A DNA stretch of 64,000 bases from Octopus vulgaris (lineage: Eukaryota), in assembly GCA_951406725.2 (NCBI GenBank), contig OX597817.1, positions 145,390,001 through 145,454,000 of the forward strand. The letters run 5' to 3'. The position numbers and the translations under genes were made by a program. Below are positions 54,554 to 64,000 of this stretch, in pieces. The notes below the pieces were generated by a model. It did not search any database. It was not told the DNA's origin and was given only the letters and a program-made list of their open reading frames with translations. Positions within the stretch are counted from its first letter, which is position 1. Each line of letters starts with the position of its first letter.

Positions 54554-57500
54554 TACACCACAGAAAAGAAACACAAGCTATTTTTCTTTCAGTATGTACT
54601 ACAGATGTTGAATTTACTGAGTGTTGAATACCAATCAGAGAACAATGTACCTCCACTTATTCGTGGTTCAGCATTCACAGTCCCAGGTATTCGCAGAATG
54701 AATAATTGTTTACGGAACCACTGTATATTCACAGAATCATAAATATCATCTGCAATTGGCACGGGAGCCAATCCGTGGCCCTGGAAACGATCATGCTCAG
54801 ATGTGCTTTTAACGTTCCACTGGCATGAGTGCCAATCAGGCAGTACTGTCATCAGCCATGTCAGCAATGAATGAGGGGAATTCGTAAGTGGGCAGGTTAA
54901 ACCTACGGGCATAGGCCACGGACTATGGTCTCACTTGGCTTGTCAGGTCTTCTCAAGCACAGCATATCTCCAAAGGTCTCAGTCACTAGTCATTGCCTCG
55001 GTGAGGCCCAATGTTCAAAAGTTGTGCTTCACCACCTCAACTCAGGTCTTCCTGGGTCTACCTCTTCTACAGGTTCCCTCTACTGCTAGGGTGTGACACT
55101 TTTTCACACAGCTGTCCTCATTCATTCGCAACACATGACCATACTAGCGCAGTCATCTCTCTTGCACACCACATCTGATGCTTCTTAAACCCAACTTTTC
55201 TCTCAGGGTGCTTACAACTCTGTCATGTATGCCCACTGACATTACATATCCATCAAAGCATACTGGCTTCATTCCTTGCAAGCTTACGCATGTCCTCAGC
55301 AGTCACGGCCCATGTTTTACTGCCATGTAGCATGGCTGTTCGTACACATGCATCGTACAGTCTATCTTTTACTCTGAGTGAGAGGCCCTTTGTCACCAGC
55401 AGAGGTAGGAGCTCTCTGAACTTTGCCCAGGCTATTCTTATTCTAGCACTTACACTTTCAGAGCATCCACCCCTGCTACTGACTTGGTCACCTAGGTAAC
55501 GGAAGCTATCAACTACCAGTAGTTTTTCTCCCTGGAATGTGACAGAAGCTGTTCTCTGCACATTTCCAGTGTTTATAGCACCTGAGTATTTGCCACATAC
55601 AAAAACTATCTTCTCAGTTAGCCTTCCTTTGATATTGCTGCACCTCTTATGTGTCCATAGCTTACACTGGGTACATCTTTTGGAGTTTCTACCTATGCCT
55701 TTTCTACAGATAGAGTAGGGCCATCTACCTGAAGGGATTTGTGGTTTGTCTGCCTTCTTACTTATTAGGACTTTGGTTTTAGCTAGGTTGACTCTAAGGC
55801 CCTTCAATTCTAATCCTTGTTTCCACAACTGAAACTTCTCAAGTTCTGATAGTGACTCAGCAATTAGAACAAGGTCATCAGCATAGAGGAGCCCCCAAGG
55901 GCATCCTGTCTTGAATTCATCTGTTATTGCCTAGAGGACTACTTTCTACTTTTTCCTATTGTCATTTCTTCCTACTCTGTTTGTCTTACTCTGTTTTCTC
56001 TACTTTCTAGCTCTCCTGTGTGACCCCTCTGTCCGGAATTCACCATGATAGATCGCTAGCCACTACACATTCTTTATTTTCTCTCCTTGTTTCCTTCTGT
56101 GGAAGCATGTAGGCTCAAAACTTTAAAGAGTTTTTCACTTCCCGAGCTTTAAACTAATACATCTGTTTGTTATCTACACCACTTGGCATCGTCTTTCGTT
56201 TTTTTTGTGAATGCTCCCTATATGTGTGTGTGTGTCTGTGTTTGTACCTCCACCATCACTTGACAACCGATGTTGCTCTGTTTGCGTCTCCATAACTTAG
56301 CAGTTTGGCAAAACGCACCAATAGAATAAATAGTAGGCTTATAAAGAATAAATCCTGGGGTTGATTTCTTTGACTAAAGGCGGTGTCCCAGCATGGCCAC
56401 AGTCACATGACTGAAACAAGTAAAACAATAAAAAACCATGCCATTTTAATCCTGAGCAACACCAGGTATTTCTGCTAATGTATATGTATATATATATAAT
56501 ATTTTACCACCATCTGAGCGTGATCGTTGCCAAAGCAGCCAACTGGCTCCATGCCGGTGGCACATAAAAGGGCACCATTCAAGCATGATCGTTACCAACG
56601 CTGCCTTACTGGCACCTGTGCCGGTGGCATGTGTAAAAGATTCAAGCAAGATCATTGCCAGTACCGCCTGACTGGCCCCATGCCGGTGGCACGTAAAAAG
56701 CACCCACTACACTCTCGGAGTGGTTGGCATTAGTAAGGGTATCCAGCTGTAGACATTCTGCCAGATCAAGATTGGAGCCAAGTGCGGCCGTCTGGTTCGC
56801 CAGCACTCAGTCAAAATTGGCCAACCCATGCTAGCATGGAAAGTGGACGTTAAACGATGATGATGATTATATTTTGACATTATAGGCATTTTTATGGACT
56901 ACGCCCAATATTTGTAGCTTTTGTTACCCACACATCCTCTAGGAACAATCGTATTTCAAATCATATGGGTGTATCCAATGATATTAAAATACAACAATCA
57001 TTTCAATTTTTTTTTTTTTATAAAACATTATAGTTTCAGCAACTGACCCAATTTTGTGGTTTTTCCAAGTAACTGGGTTGAAATAAGAGGTAAAAAGAAA
57101 ACACTATCTTCTTACATGGGAATTACCCAACAATTATTTTGCACTTCCAGTACCTCTGTGTAGCAATTCGGGAGAAACTGAAAGAAGCCCATTATATATA
57201 TATATTGGCATGTGTATGCATGTGCATATGTATGTCTGCATGTTTTCCTGTTTTTCTGGTTTGATAACATCTGTCAAATTCAAATCACCCCAATAAACAA
57301 GGTAAAGGTATGGTCTGTTGTGGAAATCACCCACTCTGTGTGTGGTTAGAAAAATGTCATTTTTATTAACCCTTAATATTCCTCTGTCATACTTTCACAT
57401 CCCTGAATGCTATGCCCAAGTCAATTGAGGGTTCTTGTCTTGTGAGCTACTTAGTGACCTCACCAGTGCTGAAAAAAGCATGAAAAATGCATGAAAAAAG

Positions 57501-59163
57501 CATGCAGTACTCTCTGTAAAGTAGTTGGCATTATAAAGGGCATCCAGCTGCAGAAACTAAGTCAAATGAGATATTGAAGCTTGGTACAGCCCTCTGTAAA
57601 AAAAAAAATTTAAAAAAACAAGAAAATGTTTGGCAACTATGGCTCTTAGCAGTATTTTGATGTGCTAGAAATAACTACCAATTTTCACTCATATCACACT
57701 CTACTGCCTTAAAAAATGTATTTGATTACCTAGTCCTAGGATACACTAACTGAAAAATAGGATGATTGTGGAAGCATATAATCACAGGTGAGAAGCCTTG
57801 GAGAAGGCTTAAGATATTGTAAACTATTTCTTACATAACCTTTGATTATAGGCCTACCTGATCAAAGTCACTAATGAGACAGCATGGCTGTCTTCATTTT
57901 TTTATGAGGAGGCTCTTTGTTGTATATTTGTTATTTCACATGGTAGCGGCAGTAATGGGTAAATAAACCCATGGCCCACACTAGACGACACAATGTTACT
58001 GATCAAAGCAAATGAGGGATAATCAATAAGATCATAGGATTGTCTGAGGACAATGGAAAGCGGTTCAATGGGCTTAAAGTTTGTTCCAAGGTTTGATGAT
58101 AATGTCAGTGGTTTTGCATTTTTTGTGCAGATCAGTTCTCCCTTTGCAGAATAGCATTTTACAAACAGCCGATCAAATAGAAGCTAATTTTGCAAACTGG
58201 TTTATTCTTATTTTCATTTATTAACCCATCCATCCATTATATACCTTTTTAAAAATATTTGCGTGGGTAATATCCCCTCTGTTAATGTGTTATGGAAACT
58301 ACTAAAGAAGGCAGGGACTAGTATAATGAGATTGTATTTGATCTTTGTTCATCTCCAGCTACAGATCTGTTCCATGATGACATATTGTATTTTTGTTATT
58401 CTATTTTAACAAATATTTTTTACATGTTTGAAATGTTTACATCTGGTTTCAGATATTTTTCTAAGTAAAATTGCACCTCCTCTAAACAATCCAGTTTCCT
58501 TGACATACAGTGAAAACTACAGTGAGGAGGTGGGGCCTATGATGTCCATGACTGAACGTTTAAAGTCACAATAGTTCACATTTCAAGCAAATTATATCTG
58601 AAATTTTTTTGAGATAATTATAGTTGTCGACTTCTATTGCATTTCAGCTAACAAAAGTGTCAGCTATCACTCAAATGAGTGCACACTTCTTCCAGGGCCT
58701 TGGCCTTGCAGTTGTGAGCGATTATGCTGCGAATGTCTTGGGTTGCTTTCACTGATAAAGTGGGGAAAAATTCCAATAAAGGGTCAGAGCCAAATATACC
58801 TCCTGGTTATTTTATTGAGAATGATGATACAGATAATAGAGATATGAAAGCAAATCTCTTTCCTTTTCATTTAGCAAACCAATCTGCTGTGGTATATGTA
58901 CAACATAAAAAAGCTAAATTAAGGTTGAAATTTATACCAAGATATTAATCATTTAAATGTATCATTGGGTCAGTAGTAGTTTTTCATGCTCTAAGTTCAA
59001 ATCACATTAATGTTGTTTTACTATAGTGAACCTGAGTACTATATTACGACTAGGATACCTGTGTTGTCAAAAATGCTGACAATTTTATTAATGATAAAAA
59101 ATGGTGCATCAACACAATGGGAGAAACCTTTGCTAAATGTCAGTAATCTAGTACATAAATGTA

Positions 59164-60442
59164 TTGGGTTGGCAACTAAGTTCCTGCTGGGGTTTTTTAA
59201 ATAAAAATTTTTTAAAGGGTTTAATAAAATATAACAACTAATTAATCAATAATGTATTTGCCCTTGCTGTTTGCATCTTCTTCCCAACGTTCAACAAGAT
59301 TTTCAATACCTCATTGTAGAAATCACCCGATTTTGACTCAAAAAATCAATCCAACCAAGCTTTCAATTCTGCATCAGTATAGAACGAAACTCCATGCATA
59401 GCATTTGAAAGAGATCGAAAGAGGAGGAAATCCATTGGTGCCAAATCAGGAGAGTACCACAGGTGTGGCAGCACTTCCCAGCCATGTGTTTGAATGGTTT
59501 CCTTGGTCATATTGGCGATATGAGGGCAGGCGTTGTCATGCAGCAGAAGAACCCCATACTGCCAATTAGGTTTTTTTCTCTTGAATAGCCATGTTGAGTC
59601 GTTCCATCTATTGAACATAAAGTTTCGCGTTGACCATTTGGTTCCGTTCAGGCAATTCGTAATGGATAATCCCTTCCCAGTCCCACCATACGCACATCAT
59701 TTTATGCAGATGAAGATCTTGTTTCACGCGTGGTGACGCTTCTTTACCAGGGCTAAACCATTCCTTACACTGCTTCATATTGATGTACAGGCACCATTTT
59801 TCGTTGCCATTAATGATTTGGTAAAGAAATAGTTGCTTGTGTCCATGAGTTGAGTGGTGATAAGCAAGTAAACCAGTGGAGATTGTGGCTCATTGATTTT
59901 TGTTGTTGTCACTTAGAGCATGCGGAACCCATGCTCCATACTCCTGAACCTTTCTCGAGTGAAGATGCTTCTCTATAGCAGTGTGGATGCATTCCATTTT
60001 CTCTGCCAGTTCCCTTATCGTTTAACAAGAATTTTCATGCAAAAGTTAGTTTAATTGCTCTTCATCAAACTCAACTGGACAGCCAGAACAAGGTGCATCT
60101 TTGAGGTCGAAATTTCCATTTTTGAACTTGGCATACCAATCACGAGTGGTTCTTTCAGCTATGGCACCCTCTCCATATACAGCACAAATGTTGCGAGCAG
60201 CTTTTGCAGCCTTAGAACCTTGATTAAAAGCAAAAAGGAGGTGTTGAAAATGCTTGTTTTTCTTAACTTGACATTCCATTTTAATGATCTGAAAATAAAC
60301 AAAAATTAACTAGAAAAAAAACAAAATAGATTCCAAAATGATTCAAAAATAGAATTCTCGAAAAAAAAATAGATTCCAAAATTTAAAAACGCAATAAATT
60401 CCAAAATTTAAAATAACAGCGGGAGCTTAGTTGCCAACCCAA
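59164..60442 (-). mobile_element. Full-length defective mariner transposon
   Basis: TA|TTGGGTTGGCAACTAAG...CTTAGTTGCCAACCCAA|TA, 1279 bp. Transposase remnants include the N-terminal HTH (ORF 60046-60279) and LLHDNA.PH, YSPDLAP.DF. Confidence 0.9.
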
Positions 60443-60595
60443 TACATACACAGAACTGAAGCACTTGAAGAATTAGATACAGTTGTATCTAGTCTTGACT
60501 TCTTAATTGAAAATGTTGTCCACATAATATATGTGTGTGTGAGTGTGAGAGAGAGAGAGTGTGTGTGTGTGTACATATACATAAATAGGCATGTA

Positions 60596-62014
60596 TTGGG
60601 TCCCCCCATAAATAATGCAGTTTTTTCAATTGCATGAACTAAAAGTCAGAGGGGAATGAGATAAATACCTGCATCAACTTGCTGTAAAAGCAGGTACTAA
60701 TTTTACCTTGTACTTATTCTTAGTGCAAGTTTTGAAGAGTGCAGTTCGATTTTAACAATTATTTTTTCAAAGCTATAATGGAAGTGACAAAGGAGCATAT
60801 TCAACATATTTTGCTTTATGAGTTAAAATAAAGGCAACAAGGCAATGGTAAGTGCAAGGAATATTAATGCAGTATATGGGGATCGGACAATAAACACAAG
60901 CCAGTGTCAATGGTGGTTCCAGAAATTCAGAGCCAGAAACTACAGCCTAGAAAATGAGTCCCATACTGGAAGATCTGTAGAGCTTGATGAGGATGTTCAG
61001 CAAACCCTGGTGGAACAAAATCCCATCATAACTGTTGAGGAATTAGCAGAGAAGCTTGGATTTGGTCATTTAACCATTCATTGACACCTGTGGGCTATCA
61101 GAAAAGTCAGCAAATAGAGTTAATGGATTCCTCACAAAATTTCCAGGTCTAATCACATGCAGAGAGTGAATATGTGCTCTTCTTTACTGTCACGTCTTAT
61201 GGATGAACCGTTTTTGAACCAAATAGTGACTGGTGACGAGAAATGGGTTCTCTATAAAAATGTCAAGCACCGAAGACAGTGAGTAGGGAAAGGAGAAACA
61301 CTAGCACCCCAACCTAAAGGTCTTCACCCACATAAGGTGTTATCTGTTTGGTGGGATATCAAAGATTTAGTCCACTTTCAACTTTTAAACCCAAACCAGA
61401 CGATAACAAAGGAGATCTACTTTGAGTAACTTAAGTCAGTGTCAGAAGAAAAATGACCATCTTTGGTTTCAAGACGAAAGGTGTTCTTCCATCAGGATAA
61501 TGCTCGGCCACATACAGCGAGGATGACATTCAAAAGGCTGGAGCACTTTAAATGGGAAACAATGCCCTGTCCCACCATATTCACTGGACATTGCCCCATC
61601 TGATTATCATTAATTCTGCAGTTTTCAACATCATTTGGAAGGAAAAAATATGAATTCTGTAAACGAGGTCAGAACAGTACCAGAGGAGTGTTTTTCATCA
61701 CGGACAAATGAATTTTGGAAGAGAGACCTTGCAAATCTACCAGATAGATGGAAGAGCATTGTAGAAAATGAAGGAGAGGATATTCTAGATTAAAAAAGAA
61801 CTTACTCTTTTACTTGTTTCAGTCATTTGACTGTGACCACGCTGGAGCACTGCCTTTAGTCGAGCAAATTGACCCCAGGACTTATTCCTTATAAGCCTAG
61901 TACTTATTCTATTGGTCTCTTTGCTGAACCACTAAGTTACAGGGACATAAACACACCAGCATCGGTTGTCAAGTGATGTTAGGGGGACAAATACAGACAC
62001 ACAAACATATACAC

Positions 62015-62061
<47 letters not shown>

Positions 62062-62289
62062 TACGACAGGCTTCTTTCAGTTTCTGTCTACCAAATCCAC
62101 TCACAAGGCTTTGGTCGGCCTGAGGCTATAGTAGAAGACACTTGCCCAAGGTGCCACGCAGTGGGAATGAACCTGGAACCATGTGGTTGGTAAACAAGCT
62201 ACATACCACACAGCTACTCCTATGCCTTTATCTTAATTTTGAAAAATAAAAGGAGTATAAAAAGATGCATTATTTATGGGATGACCCAA
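60596..62289 (+). mobile_element. Defective mariner of a second family, with a SINE inserted at ~61803-62226
   Basis: TA|TTGGGTCCCCCATAAATAATGCA...TGCATTATTTATGGGATGACCCAA|TA. ATG at 60778 (MEVTKEHIQHILLYE), plus IVTGDEKWV, HQDNARPH and DIAPSDYH motifs. Confidence 0.9.
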
Positions 62290-62317
62290 TATATGAACAT
62301 ACATACATACATATATG

Positions 62318-62354
<37 letters not shown>

Positions 62355-64000
62355 TCATCATCATCATTGTTGTCGTTATCGTCATCATCGTCGTCACCAT
62401 CATCATGTAACGTCTTCTTTCCATGCTAGCATGAGTAAGATGGTTCGACTGGAACTGGTAAGCCAGAAGGCTGCACCAGGTTCCAGTCTGATGTGGCATG
62501 GTTTCTAATGGTTTGATGCTCCTCTTAATGCCAACCACTCAAAAAATGTAACGGATACTGTTTACGTGCCACCGGCACAGGTGCCATAATGATGATGATC
62601 ATCATCATTTAGTATCTGTTGTCCATGCTGACATGATTTGGACGGTTTGACCAGGGCTGGTAAGCTGGAAGGCTACACCAGACTCTAGTCTGATTTGGCA
62701 TAATTTCTACAGTTGATATATATTTATATGCAGTTAAGTATATGTCCAGTCATAGAGAGACCAGTGGTTTCACATGCATAAAGCACGAAGCTTTATGAAC
62801 AACTCTTCAGACTCTAGTGGCAAAGGCCATAGAGCTCTTCAAACTACGGAGGTAGAATTCTGTTGTGGTCAGTTAATAAATAAAAAATAAACAATCCAAT
62901 TCAGTGAGGATGGATTACCTCCCTTAAACTAATTCAGTTGGCAGTCCATGTTGACTAAAATTATGAAAGGGGAGCTCTGCCCTTAGGTTGTTTCTAGCTT
63001 ATAAGGACTTTTTCTGATCCAATCAATGGATGAGGGATCCCATGCTTGCATTAGGTAGCATTTGAAATGGAGGCAGAGACTATAAATCTCATGCTGGGAA
63101 TTGGGTTGTGACAGCCGAAGACATGTGTAGGCTTGAAAGAAATGAAGCCAGTTTCGCTGGATATGCAATGTCTGTGTGCATGTTCAACAGAGTGTAAGCA
63201 TTTTGAGAGAAAAGTTGCACATAAGAGACATCAGATGTGGTGTGGAAGAGAGATGACTGCACTGGTGTGTGATGTGTATGGATGAGGGCAGCTGTATAAA
63301 GAAGTGCCAATCTCTAACTGTGAAGGGAACCTGTGGTAGGGGTAAACCCAGGAAGACAGGGGACGTGGTGGTGAAGCATGATCTTCAAATTTTGGGGTTC
63401 ACAGAGGCAATGACTAGTGACCAAGACCTTTGGCAATATATTGTGCTTAAGAAGACCTGTCAAGCCAAGTGAAATCAGAGTTGTGGCTAATGCTGGTGTC
63501 CCATAACTGGCACCCATGGCAGTGGCACATAAAAAGTATCTTTCGAGCGTTGGGCATCACAGAGGCAAAGTGGCCAATGCCAGTGGCCCATGAAAAGCTC
63601 CTTTCAAGTGCTGGACCTCACAGAAACAATGACAAATGCCCAAGAACTTTGGCATTATGTCATGTTTGAGAAGAAGACCCATCAAGCCAGATAAAATCAC
63701 AGTCATGGCAGATACTGATGTCATACAAATGGCACCCATGCCGGTGGCACTTAAAAGCAACCATTACACTCTTGGAGTGGTTGATATTAAGATGGGCATT
63801 CAGCCATAGAAACCATGCCAAATCAGACTGGAGCCTGGTGCAGCTTTCTATCTTGCCAGCCCTGATCAAATCATCCAACCCATGCCAGCATGGACAACAG
63901 ATGTTAAATGATGATGATGATGATGATGATGATGATGGTTCCAGGGAGTCTTTCAGAATCCTTCCTCCATTTTTTTCTCACATTGTTTGCATATTTAACT

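Noticed and set aside
56095-56130. Further hammerhead-like traces (also ~41330-41380, ~46565-46590, ~52790-52825)
   Set aside because: The core or GAAA is too mutated to support a fold.

Overview
AT-rich, repeat-dense animal genomic DNA. The SINE, RTE, Dong and Penelope content and the microsatellite load resemble an octopus/cephalopod genome (inference). One gene runs on the minus strand across about 45 kb. Six GT-AG exons (49018-48736, 30422-30291, 25744-25587, 19336-18611, 16393-16167, 4960-3742) splice in frame to 915 codons. The product has a signal peptide followed by TWO tandem class C GPCR/mGluR-type Venus flytrap (VFT) domains. The first has a degenerate ligand pocket and the second keeps the amino-acid-binding signature. 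The gene continues beyond base 1. The introns and upstream region hold a 6.2-kb GAAAATTTTC-based satellite with a ~1.1-kb higher-order repeat and several fold-back Penelope-like remnants. These remnants carry minimal hammerhead ribozymes with three different 3-8 core pairs (C-G, G-C, U-A). Also present are a 1.2-kb near-perfect palindrome, two head-to-head mariners, Helitron-like and MITE elements, and many LINE, SINE and LTR fragments. All analysis was by eye, so repeat boundaries are approximate.
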